DNA from: a virus
Lineage: Duplodnaviria > Caudoviricetes
Length of the DNA: 28,668 nt
Strand: one strand, 5' to 3'
Virus record (IMG/VR): IMGVR_UViG_3300030372_000996
Location: 1-28,668 of that record
Shown: positions 16,037-25,054 of the stretch, piece after piece
Layout of the letters: each line of letters starts with the position of its first letter
Numbering within the stretch: the first letter of the stretch is position 1
Position numbers and translations under genes: made by a program
Notes under the pieces: generated by a model
Databases searched by the model: none
Told to the model about the DNA's origin: nothing
What the model saw: the letters and a program-made list of their open reading frames with translations, nothing else

Positions 16037-16635
16037 TAGCCACCGCCACCCCATTGCAATCTCTGGTTTTGTAGGCTTTCGACAAAATCAAAAGCAAGAT
16101 CGCCTGTTGTGTTTGATGGCAAAGCTGAAGTATTCCTTTGCTTCTGACTTTCAGAGGTATATCTGCGGTTTCTAGGCCGTTCTAAATCTATCAATCTGCT
16201 TTCAATAGATGTCGTTATAGTTGATGTTTCTGGCCCTTCATCAATCGCCATAGTGTCCATGTAGCCAGTGAAAACTAATATTCCTGATTGATTTGCAGGG
16301 CTTGACCAATCTATAAAACCTAAATGAATATTGCAAAGTCTACCCTGATAAGGTGTGCTTAAAGCGTGTACTAATAAATTTGACGGAATGCCACTCAAGG
16401 TTAGATTGACCCCTTTTGCACTTATATCCTGACTTTCACCTACATCTGATATTGATAAAATCTCTCCGACACCGCTATATGATTGACTGCCACCAGTAGA
16501 ATTTACTGTAATATCTCCGAACCCTGTCCAAACACGAACTGTTTCAGTAGAAAAAAATATCTCTACAGCATAAAATGGAGAAACTTCAGCATCATCTAAC
16601 TTGCTAAGAATGTTTGATATATTTGACCTGGCCAT
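16036..16635 (-). CDS. Minor tail/hub protein (gpL-position)
   Basis: VWTGFG, YSGVG, FTGYMDTM, IESRLIDLER and RYT..SQ motifs; synteny. Confidence 0.8.
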   Translation of the reverse strand: MARSNISNILSKLDDAEVSPFYAVEIFFSTETVRVWTGFGDITVNSTGGSQSYSGVGEILSISDVGESQDISAKGVNLTLSGIPSNLLVHALSTPYQGRLCNIHLGFIDWSSPANQSGILVFTGYMDTMAIDEGPETSTITTSIESRLIDLERPRNRRYTSESQKQRNTSALPSNTTGDLAFDFVESLQNQRLQWGGGG

Positions 16636-17255
16636 CAGATTGCCTCAACACCGCCAAAAGTAATCCCATATATTGACGCCTCGTTTATATTCCAGTTCTG
16701 TTCATTGCTTGCTAATCGAAAGCGTCCAACTGTATTAGTTACAACAACACTTGCGTCATTGGCCGGAGCCGTTCTTATGTATGGCCAGATGTCCAGTGAT
16801 ACTTCGCCTGATCCGTTACTATCAGCATCAGCAAGCACTTTATGAAGTGTTGCACTTCCGGCTGTTCCCAACTGGATATAATCCCCTGCCTTAAGCCATC
16901 CGGTCTGTGAAGCCGTGCAACCATCAATGTTTAATGTGCCACCTGTCTGACTTGCTCCGTTGACCAATGGTGTGCCACCGGCTGAACCTCTTGGAGAAGC
17001 ACCAACTGGATCGCCAAGGGTAAATGTGCCAAACCTTCCGCGCAAACTTACCAAGAAAGCCACCCATATTTCTGCATCGGCTCTCGACATTGCCGGAAGC
17101 GTCACATCACATTCAAACCGCTGTCCTGCATGAGCCACTAATTGTTGTTGATAAGTAAAAGGTGACATACTCATTCCAACCGTATTGACCGCCCTGAACG
17201 TAATGTTGGATGGTTTAACGTGTGTTGGTGATGCTAAAGGATAAGTAATAGCCAT
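16635..17255 (-). CDS. Distal tail protein (Dit-like)
   Basis: SPFTYQQQ, AFLVSLRG and LKAGDYIQLG motifs; directly follows the tape measure. Confidence 0.8.
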   Translation of the reverse strand: MAITYPLASPTHVKPSNITFRAVNTVGMSMSPFTYQQQLVAHAGQRFECDVTLPAMSRADAEIWVAFLVSLRGRFGTFTLGDPVGASPRGSAGGTPLVNGASQTGGTLNIDGCTASQTGWLKAGDYIQLGTAGSATLHKVLADADSNGSGEVSLDIWPYIRTAPANDASVVVTNTVGRFRLASNEQNWNINEASIYGITFGGVEAI

Positions 17256-18721
17256 TAGAACGCATTGGCAAAACTGCCACCCCTTCTTCGAGCATCCAAG
17301 ACAGCCGCCTTACTAGCTTCGGCAATCTGTGGAAGCAATGTTTGTATTTCGTTCCTGACAGTCTGTTGAACGCCAGTAGTCACGTTGATGGTTTGCTGCA
17401 CGACAACATCACCACCAGACTTTATTGAACTGTTTGGCATAATTGAACCTGATCGAGCCGGAACAAATAGTTCTGGACCGCGCTCACCAACCATGTAAGG
17501 ACTGTTTGCGTTTACCGGACCACCGTTTGCTCTGGCCGGAATGCTTCCGAAAGTTGGGAAAGCTGCCGTAATAGATCGAGTTATAAAACCGGTTATCTGC
17601 TTCACCACAAAGATGCGATATAGTTCACCAATAATGTCAATCGCCATTTGACGGAATGCGTCCTTTATTGATGCCGTACCTTTGACAGCCGACATGAATG
17701 CAGTCTCAAACTTGCTGCCGATCATATCCGCAACCGTTGTGATGCTTTTCATCTTATCGGCTGCATCTTCCGCACCTTTGCTAACTCTTGAGAAGAAGGA
17801 GAACAAATCTATTTTTTGTATGTTCTCTAATTCATTTCTCATGTTTGCAATGGCTTGATTTGGTTCTTCAAAGTCTAAACGATTAATGAACATATCCATC
17901 GGGATAGCTTTTAATCTGTGATTTATGTCATCAAGGCTGTCGCTTAATCCTTCCAACGCTCCTTTTCCAATATCTTCAGGGAAATTTGCACCGAACTTAT
18001 TAAGTTCCGTACTTAGAAAATTCATTGATCTGCTAAACCTAGAAACTACACCTTCAAGCATTTGGAAGAATACTTTTTTGACCGTCAAAGTCATAAATTC
18101 AAAGTTTAGCTTAAAGTGTTCAATCCTTGATCCCATATTGTCAAATGCTTCACGGACTATCGCCGGAACATTGCTTATGATCGTTGCAAAGAAGTTAACT
18201 CCGTTCACAATCCCATTGATTGCCGCCATTGCACCTGTCTTTAATAGATCAAATCCCTTTTTGACCAAATCAACAGCCGGACGGATAAAGTCAATAAACG
18301 GAGCAAATGCAGTTTTCATTTCTGCACCAAAACCCTTGAAGTCAAACGTCAGCTTAGTTGTGTTTTTACGGAGCATCATTAATGCACCACCAACAGCAAC
18401 TAAAGCACCGATAATCATACCTTTTGGACCGAATACCGATGCCAACTGTGGACCTTGCATTGTCATAATACGCAATGCATTTGTACCCATTGACGCTTGA
18501 ACAGCAATATCCTGAAACTGTAGTGATGCCATGCCTAGACCATTGACTAAGCTGCGATTTGACCTAGCTAATACGCTCCCTGCGGCTCTTTGTTGGTGTA
18601 TGGCAACCGTTGCATTTCGCATCGACTTGCTAACATTGCCAAGCTGCGTTTGGACTTTCTTCATTTCAGGAACGGCATTGCCGACAGCGTTCATTTCAAA
18701 CGTGAGCTTCTCAACTGCCAT
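17255..18721 (-). CDS. Tape measure protein (short, 488 aa)
   Basis: QFQDIAVQ...QGPQLAS N-terminal motif; helical core; RANGGPV...YMVGERGPELFVP. Confidence 0.93.
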   Translation of the reverse strand: MAVEKLTFEMNAVGNAVPEMKKVQTQLGNVSKSMRNATVAIHQQRAAGSVLARSNRSLVNGLGMASLQFQDIAVQASMGTNALRIMTMQGPQLASVFGPKGMIIGALVAVGGALMMLRKNTTKLTFDFKGFGAEMKTAFAPFIDFIRPAVDLVKKGFDLLKTGAMAAINGIVNGVNFFATIISNVPAIVREAFDNMGSRIEHFKLNFEFMTLTVKKVFFQMLEGVVSRFSRSMNFLSTELNKFGANFPEDIGKGALEGLSDSLDDINHRLKAIPMDMFINRLDFEEPNQAIANMRNELENIQKIDLFSFFSRVSKGAEDAADKMKSITTVADMIGSKFETAFMSAVKGTASIKDAFRQMAIDIIGELYRIFVVKQITGFITRSITAAFPTFGSIPARANGGPVNANSPYMVGERGPELFVPARSGSIMPNSSIKSGGDVVVQQTINVTTGVQQTVRNEIQTLLPQIAEASKAAVLDARRRGGSFANAF

Positions 18722-18868
18722 CTTTTTCCTGCTCCTGTTTTATATTAAAGTACGCGATCCATTCATAATATTCCGAAACGCTTATATCTTCTATTTCTTC
18801 AATCGTCTTGTGTAATAATTCAGCCAATGCCACCAAATTATAACGGAATGGATCGCTCCTTAGTTTTT
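18711..18868 (-). CDS. gpT portion of the tail assembly chaperone GT, reached by -1 frameshift
   Basis: The -1 frame reads LRSDPFRYNLVALAELLHKTIEEIEDISVSEYYEWIAYFNIKQEQEKDGS* and overlaps the tape measure start. Confidence 0.8.
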
Positions 18869-19204
18869 TTCCTGTTCCTCGACTGATACGGTTTCAAATA
18901 TCGCACCAAAAACCTTTGCAATAACATTTAACGGTTCACCCATCAAAATAAACTTATCACCCACATCGAAAGCCTTTTCACCTTCTTTGGTCATTGCTTT
19001 CAATATGATCATATCAACCATTGCATCCATAGTCGGATTATTGATGAAGTCTTTATGCTTCTTTTGTATCTTGGACATATCCCTTGCTGCGACATCAGTG
19101 AAGAACAGGACTAAGGGTTTATCTTCTTCGCCCCATTCTTCTACTTCGAAAGAACCAAGTTCTTTTTCTGCCCTCTTTGCCGCTATTTTTTCAGCTAATG
19201 ACAT
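18860..19204 (-). CDS. Tail assembly chaperone gpG
   Basis: Lies between tail tube and tape measure and ends EKN* at the slippery site. Start MSLAEK at 19204. Confidence 0.85.
   Translation of the reverse strand: MSLAEKIAAKRAEKELGSFEVEEWGEEDKPLVLFFTDVAARDMSKIQKKHKDFINNPTMDAMVDMIILKAMTKEGEKAFDVGDKFILMGEPLNVIAKVFGAIFETVSVEEQEKN
18863..18869 (-). other. -1 programmed ribosomal frameshift slippery site A AAA AAC
   Basis: GAA AAA AAC TAA at the end of gpG; conserved siphovirus arrangement. Confidence 0.8.
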
Positions 19205-19208
19205 TTGA

Positions 19209-19610
19209 TTAGACCGTTCCAATCGCTAATGCGCCGGTAAGCTGTAGCTCTGCATTCAGTGTCGCAATACCATCCAAAGTTGTGCCACGCTCAACAGAAG
19301 TTACGATAAAAGTGCCACTATATTTCGTGTCACCGCTGTCTGTTCCTTCCATAAAAAATTCACAATCAAGACTGTCACCTTGCACTATATCCTGTTGGAC
19401 CGCGCTATCTGGGTCTAAGTAAAGTGACAAAGAGCCAGTACCGGCTGAAAGTCCTTTTGTGAATGTTCGCGTTGTGTCACCCATACTTGTAGTGTCCACC
19501 GCGTCTGTGGTCATGGTGACTGTCCAACTTAACAATTCACCAACTTGTGCAGGGGTGCCGGTTGTAGTAACTAGCTTAACTGCGCCATCTGATCCAAAAT
19601 GTGTAGCCAT
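19209..19610 (-). CDS. Major tail (tube) protein
   Basis: G.DG.VK, DTTSMGD..RTF..GL and YSGTFIVTS motifs; SD AAGGAG. Confidence 0.88.
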   Translation of the reverse strand: MATHFGSDGAVKLVTTTGTPAQVGELLSWTVTMTTDAVDTTSMGDTTRTFTKGLSAGTGSLSLYLDPDSAVQQDIVQGDSLDCEFFMEGTDSGDTKYSGTFIVTSVERGTTLDGIATLNAELQLTGALAIGTV

Positions 19611-19622
19611 TTGAAAAACTCC

Positions 19623-20066
19623 TTACTTGGCTGTTTCTACATCATTCAGAGCTGTAACATATTTGACCTGATAAGTCAGCTTCGCTACACCTAAAATTTG
19701 ATCGGCTTCCCCATCAAACTGAATTTCCGTTGAAGTTAGCACCGAACTTTTGGCAAGTCCACCAATAGTAAAATCACCGGCCATTGCTTCTTCAACTTGC
19801 ACCGCTATTGCATCGCAATCATCATCGAAAGTGCTTGTCTCCCGAACGTATAAATCAATCTCCAAAGACAATTCACGATTTATGTCTGTTACTCCGGATG
19901 AATACCGTTCACTGCTTTCGCTTCCAGTATAAACACTGATTGCCGGTAACAATGCCTCATTCAACGGATGCACCCTAGTCGTAAAGACGCGACTGCTAAC
20001 TAAGCCGACTTGTGATGTAAGTCTTGTAGCTACTGCATCTCTTATTTGTTGTCTAACGTGCGCCAT
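19623..20066 (-). CDS. Tail terminator (gpU-like)
   Basis: HVRQQIRDAV, LPAISVYT and D.IAVQVEEAM motifs; synteny. Confidence 0.8.
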   Translation of the reverse strand: MAHVRQQIRDAVATRLTSQVGLVSSRVFTTRVHPLNEALLPAISVYTGSESSERYSSGVTDINRELSLEIDLYVRETSTFDDDCDAIAVQVEEAMAGDFTIGGLAKSSVLTSTEIQFDGEADQILGVAKLTYQVKYVTALNDVETAK

Positions 20067-20363
20067 CTATTGTTTCTCTAGCTGAATGGTTGTCACGCCA
20101 GTTCCGTCATCGATCCAAGCGACTACTTTATAAGTTGTTGAGTTCACAACTAATGTTTGCCCTGATGCAATGCTAGAAATATCTGTGGTTCTGCAAGTGA
20201 AACGCGGTTGCTCTTGGTGGACTTGTGCAGTTCCACCGGCATCCATAGGCACTGTTTCATTGTCAAATATGCCGAGGAGATCAGCCGATTGATAAGTTGC
20301 TGTAGTAGCAAAATCTTCAACCGCAAACAATGAAAGCAGATCATTTGCAAAACCTATTGCCAT
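20067..20363 (-). CDS. Head-tail joining protein (gpFII-like)
   Basis: GIFDNE and DDGTGVTTIQL motifs; synteny. Confidence 0.8.
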   Translation of the reverse strand: MAIGFANDLLSLFAVEDFATTATYQSADLLGIFDNETVPMDAGGTAQVHQEQPRFTCRTTDISSIASGQTLVVNSTTYKVVAWIDDGTGVTTIQLEKQ

Positions 20364-20590
20364 CAGTCACCGCTTTCTGGTGTTTCTAGCTTTTCTTCTG
20401 ACTTCTTTAATCCTACTGATCTAGTGGATTTCTTAGCCGTTTTTGCTTTTGGCTTGTCGGCTGTCGCTGCTTCAGCGTAACCGCGTTTGATTAGTTTTTC
20501 GGCTGTTCTATCTGGCAAGTCATGTTCTTCACCGGCCATCATGTTTCCACCGTGTCCAGTGAAACATTTCTGAATAATCTTAACTTTCAT
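20363..20590 (-). CDS. Small capsid-adjacent protein (gpFI position)
   Basis: AEKLIKRGYAE motif, Lys-rich tail, SD AGGAAGG. Confidence 0.75.
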   Translation of the reverse strand: MKVKIIQKCFTGHGGNMMAGEEHDLPDRTAEKLIKRGYAEAATADKPKAKTAKKSTRSVGLKKSEEKLETPESGD

Positions 20591-20613
20591 AATATTACCT
20601 TCCTTTTAAGGAT

Positions 20614-20635
20614 GATGGGGCATTTCTGCCCCACC
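20614..20635 (-). terminator. Hairpin after the capsid gene (weak terminator or mRNA stabiliser)
   Basis: GGTGGGGCA-GAAA-TGCCCCATC with a GNRA loop and a poor U-tract. Confidence 0.55.
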
Positions 20636-20645
20636 GATTAACTTA

Positions 20646-23561
20646 TTAAGAGTGATCAATTTCGTTTGTAATTGCGAAACTAACAGCGTTTCTAACACCA
20701 ACGTCTAGTTCTGCATGAAGAACCATTCTTACTGTTCCTGCTTTGGAACCGGTAAATGGATCAACCATGATTGAAGGTGCGCCAAACGATGCGATAATTA
20801 ACTGTGAGAAATCACCGAAAATCATTGCTGCCGCGTCACTGCCGCCATCACCTGGATCAAGTGTTGTTGGCACGTTCGAGCTAAATGCAGCCGGATAACC
20901 ATAAATCTGGTTCCAAGGATCGTTCAACAACATCACACTATCTGTTGACGCAACTCTGACAGTTTGTGCCATTTTCGCTTTTACAGATGGGTGTGTTAAG
21001 AAGCCAAGAGCGTTGCCATTCACAACACCGTTATCTTCTTCAACCAGTTTCACAAGACCAACTAAGTCAGCCCATGTTAACGCAGCAACATCAGTATTCG
21101 CTGAAATATCAAGATCATTGACGCCTGATGTGTTCAAGATACCTGTCGGCTGCCCTGATGAACCAGAACCATTAATCGCATGGAACTCAGTTCTGTCTGC
21201 CGCTGAACGAAGCAAGTCATCACGGATAACCTGTTCAATCGCCGGAACGCTCTCCATCATCAACAAACGTGACAAGTCAACAAATGCACCCATTGTTCTT
21301 GGCTGCAATGTAACACCGCCATCTGTACCGGCTCCATCACTAACATCTGCTAGTTCTTCAACAAATCCGGCATTAGCACCAGTTGCCATTTTCGGCATCT
21401 TGATCCGGCCTGTTAGTCCGTTCATGTATGTTGTGCCAAGACCGCTAAGAACTTGTTGCGCTCTAAGTGCTTCAATGAACATATCGCCACGATGTGCAGT
21501 TGGTACGAAGTCATCAAATACAACTTCTGAACCTGAACCGCCTGTTGCCGCTGTTGATAACGGACCACGCTTCTGCCATGCAAAATCTGGAACATATATT
21601 CCTTCTGCATCGCGTCCAACGTTTTTAGCGATCTCGTCATTTATTTCGCGCTCATAACCGGCTTTGCGCCAGTCACCGGTCACTTGTGCTTGAACCATAC
21701 GGCCAAGTGAATATTGACGCTTTTCCTTAACAGGTACGTCAACAGATGCCGGAGCAACGTCTAGTGGTTTATCACCGATTGCTTCTAGCAACTGACCGCG
21801 AAAGGTATCCACGCTCATGCCGCTTGCAATCGCTTCATTTCCTAAATCGCGTTTATTGTGCTTTGCTGCGATTTGTAGGATTTCTGCATCATTCTTTCTT
21901 GCTGCCTTCACTGCTTCAGCTTTAACAGCATCCAGATTGATGTCATTTTTGACTTCTTCAGTCATAGTTACATCCTCCATAGATGGTTGAGTTTTAGGTT
22001 TTGCCGGAACAGATCGGCCAACACCCACCAGATTTGACTGATCTGCCGGAACTGAAACGATACTGATTTCCATAGGTGTGGTGGCAACCCGATAATAGTC
22101 CTCCGGATCGTCATCACGATTTATTCGGCCATCGATACGATAACCTACACTGATGTTTTGTCTGATGCCATCAGTAACATCATCGAACACTTCTGAAGCT
22201 AGTCCACTTTTTCCAAAGCGTACCTCTGCGCGTAGACGCCGCGCATCTTCATCAAGTTCAACCCTTTCGACTACACCGATTTGCTTTTCCATGTCATGGT
22301 CAAGCAATAAAGGTGCGCGTCCACTGTTTAAGAAGTCCAAACTCATACTTTCTTTAGTATGATCAATGACCTCTAATCCAAATGATCTTTCAACTGGTTC
22401 TTCACTGGAAACACCAACTTTTACTCGTCTTGTATCAGGATCAATAGCTTTATCTTTTTTATCCATGTAATGATAACGTGTATTCATATCTTCACGGCTA
22501 AAACGATCAATAGATGTTTCCGCTTCCATTTGTCTTTCTTCTTCATCCATGTCTGCACTCCTAATAATATTAATCACCGATCCCATGCCTGAATGGTTCA
22601 AGCAAAAATATGCTAAATCGGGTGTATTTTCATCAACAGTTATTTCCAAATAAGCACCTTCTGATCCGGCATCGCCATTCATAACGACATTATCAGAATA
22701 TATTTCTCCATCATTATGGGTTCCATCTTCAGTTTCCGACAGCCGCAAATCATGCGTTTCATTGCTTTCATCAGACTGATCAAAACGATATGTATTTCCT
22801 TCCATAAACACCAAGGATGGAGCAACGTCAGCCATTCCATCTATATAATATTTGTTACCTTCACCGGCTTCATTTTCACCTGGCTTCACTATAACCTTAT
22901 AAGTTATTGTCTCTTGACGGACTTCAATAGATCGCTTTGTGGACATTGGATGACCTTTCGGAAGTAAATCTGTGTCGTGCTTGCCTGATCGAAACCTACC
23001 ATTTCGCAACACATAAAGAAAGCTGTTTACGCGAGCATAAGCCCACATCTCAGGACCAGTTACATTCGGCCTTACTGACTGAGGGTTTGTCTTGTATGCA
23101 CCAACACCGCGATTAAACACGGCTGAAAGCGTTCTAAGATTAGTCCTTTTACTGGCAACATTGCCAACCTTTTCATTATGATCTTCAACCTTCTTTTTCA
23201 GCCCTTCACGAACTGCACCGGTTATTTCTCTTACATTTCGATCTTCATTCTCCAAGCTATCACGAATATTCTTTGACCACCTAAAACCGGCGTCACCACC
23301 CCATAAAGCCCATGCTATGCGTCCGTTTGATGGATAACCATCTTCACCCTGATTAAATCCTTCGGCTTGCTTATCAACTTCATGTCGGCTGAAAAAGCTA
23401 TACATTCTGATCACTGTATCTTCTGACAGTTCTCTATCGTTTACGATGTCTCTAGCTCTAGCAATCCCGACTTCTGTTCCACCGCGTCCAAACTCGCGCC
23501 GCCAATCTAAGCCGCGTTGTGCTTCTTCTTTCATTCCTTCTGTGGGTTCATAACTAGCCAT
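20646..23561 (-). CDS. Multidomain prohead protease-major capsid protein fusion (HK97 fold) with three extra N-terminal domains
   Basis: Protease motifs PLLLDHD, ISVGY and EISIVSVPAD; capsid motifs INGSGSSGQPTGILN, IFGDFSQL and VDPFT. Start MASYEP at 23561 overlaps the portal stop. Confidence 0.93.
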   Translation of the reverse strand: MASYEPTEGMKEEAQRGLDWRREFGRGGTEVGIARARDIVNDRELSEDTVIRMYSFFSRHEVDKQAEGFNQGEDGYPSNGRIAWALWGGDAGFRWSKNIRDSLENEDRNVREITGAVREGLKKKVEDHNEKVGNVASKRTNLRTLSAVFNRGVGAYKTNPQSVRPNVTGPEMWAYARVNSFLYVLRNGRFRSGKHDTDLLPKGHPMSTKRSIEVRQETITYKVIVKPGENEAGEGNKYYIDGMADVAPSLVFMEGNTYRFDQSDESNETHDLRLSETEDGTHNDGEIYSDNVVMNGDAGSEGAYLEITVDENTPDLAYFCLNHSGMGSVINIIRSADMDEEERQMEAETSIDRFSREDMNTRYHYMDKKDKAIDPDTRRVKVGVSSEEPVERSFGLEVIDHTKESMSLDFLNSGRAPLLLDHDMEKQIGVVERVELDEDARRLRAEVRFGKSGLASEVFDDVTDGIRQNISVGYRIDGRINRDDDPEDYYRVATTPMEISIVSVPADQSNLVGVGRSVPAKPKTQPSMEDVTMTEEVKNDINLDAVKAEAVKAARKNDAEILQIAAKHNKRDLGNEAIASGMSVDTFRGQLLEAIGDKPLDVAPASVDVPVKEKRQYSLGRMVQAQVTGDWRKAGYEREINDEIAKNVGRDAEGIYVPDFAWQKRGPLSTAATGGSGSEVVFDDFVPTAHRGDMFIEALRAQQVLSGLGTTYMNGLTGRIKMPKMATGANAGFVEELADVSDGAGTDGGVTLQPRTMGAFVDLSRLLMMESVPAIEQVIRDDLLRSAADRTEFHAINGSGSSGQPTGILNTSGVNDLDISANTDVAALTWADLVGLVKLVEEDNGVVNGNALGFLTHPSVKAKMAQTVRVASTDSVMLLNDPWNQIYGYPAAFSSNVPTTLDPGDGGSDAAAMIFGDFSQLIIASFGAPSIMVDPFTGSKAGTVRMVLHAELDVGVRNAVSFAITNEIDHS

Positions 23562-25053
23562 CGCCGTCACTCACTTCTGGTTGCACTGGTGCTTTCTGGC
23601 CAAACGGTTCAAATGCCATACTCAAACCATATCTTTCAGCCATTTCTTTATCGGACTGTATTTGTGAAAACAGTTCTTCAACATCGCGTCCATAATTGGC
23701 AGCAATATCATTCATGCTGATAATGCCATTTGATAAAGCTGTTACGTTTGCATTTATCTCCCTTTGTGGATCAACCCAAGCAAATCCTCGCCCTCTAAAA
23801 TGGATATTATCGCTGAACTTATCAAACTTACTGATAGGAATAGGAATTTGTCCAAACGTCAAAGCACTATCTAACCAAGCACGAAAAACAGGTTCGCAGA
23901 AATGCTGAATGATAAATGACTGCAATGTTTTATAGTGGTCACGTTCTTCAATCGTACCTTGACGGATAGAAGAATAAGAAACACCCTTCAGATCGTTTGA
24001 TAGACTTGTATAACTGACATTCAAACCGGACGCGATACCGCGCAAAACTGCTTCTTCAAATGCTGCAAATGCAGATGTTGGATGTGCCGGATCAATCATC
24101 TTAAAGTCATGGCCACTTGGCAACTGATAGACAGAAGCAGGAGCCATATCAATCACTGGCACTTCATCTTCAGTCTGATCATCGCCAATAAATTCATCAC
24201 CATCCGGAGTTGTAATGATCCCGAACTTAGCGGCTGCCGCTCTAGCCGCAATCAATTCAGCTTCACGATAGCCATGCAACATCTTGAGTGAAGCAATCGC
24301 CGGAGCCATAAACGGTTCGCCACGGCTTTGATGTGTTCTCTGAGGGATGAATAAATGCAGCATTTCCCTTGCCGGAACTCTAATATGCTTTCTTTCGACT
24401 TTGGTGCTAAAGTTTAAGCTGTCATTTGGATGGGCAGTAAGCACATAATAGGCAACCGGCTTATGAAATTCATCTATTTCAACACCCATCCGGATCGAGT
24501 TGCCATTATCAGCCTTGCCGTTTTTGCCTTCATCAATCAGATCGCTTTCGATGAATTGCAAAGAAAAGCCGTCACGATAACGCCGGTTCTGCACGAACTT
24601 AACGAATACTTCACCATCACGAGCCAATGTTTCAGCGACATATCTTTGAGCATCTAGCCAAGACATTCGGCCAGTTACGTCACAATTTCCCAATCTACCC
24701 CATGACCGAAAAGCATTCTCTAATATGGTATTTCCGGCAGCATCTAGCGATCTATCATCATTCCTTGCTCTGACCTGAACAGTAAAACCCTTTTCACCAA
24801 CAACATTAGTCTTGATCAAGTTCAGGAAGCGTTTTGCGTATTCGTTATTCCGCGCCAAATCACGGCTTCTATTTCGTAATACCGGCAAACTGTTCCGAAG
24901 TTCGCTATCAGCCGAAAAACTAGAACCAACGAAATCAGCAAACAATCTGCCTTGATTTGCTCCAGCATATTGTCTTAAGCGTCTTCGACTTCTCCTGTTT
25001 AGCCGTTCTTCAGGCTGTTCATTTCGGAAAGATAGGAAATCAAACAAACCCAT
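23554..25053 (-). CDS. Portal protein, lambda family
   Basis: LRNRSRDLARNN, GVEIDEFHKPVAY, QSRGEP, VSYSSIRQG and WVDPQRE motifs. Confidence 0.95.
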   Translation of the reverse strand: MGLFDFLSFRNEQPEERLNRRSRRRLRQYAGANQGRLFADFVGSSFSADSELRNSLPVLRNRSRDLARNNEYAKRFLNLIKTNVVGEKGFTVQVRARNDDRSLDAAGNTILENAFRSWGRLGNCDVTGRMSWLDAQRYVAETLARDGEVFVKFVQNRRYRDGFSLQFIESDLIDEGKNGKADNGNSIRMGVEIDEFHKPVAYYVLTAHPNDSLNFSTKVERKHIRVPAREMLHLFIPQRTHQSRGEPFMAPAIASLKMLHGYREAELIAARAAAAKFGIITTPDGDEFIGDDQTEDEVPVIDMAPASVYQLPSGHDFKMIDPAHPTSAFAAFEEAVLRGIASGLNVSYTSLSNDLKGVSYSSIRQGTIEERDHYKTLQSFIIQHFCEPVFRAWLDSALTFGQIPIPISKFDKFSDNIHFRGRGFAWVDPQREINANVTALSNGIISMNDIAANYGRDVEELFSQIQSDKEMAERYGLSMAFEPFGQKAPVQPEVSDGDG

Positions 25054-25054
25054 A

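Noticed and set aside
17925-18500. 191-aa plus-strand ORF
   Set aside because: Antisense shadow of the tape measure gene.
21013-21657. 214-aa plus-strand ORF
   Set aside because: Antisense shadow of the capsid gene, with Ser/Pro/Thr-rich composition typical of reverse-frame artefacts.
8719-23561. Gene transfer agent cluster (GTA-type holin, short tail)
   Set aside because: The element has its own replication module, origin and lambda-type terminase/portal, which indicate an autonomous phage.
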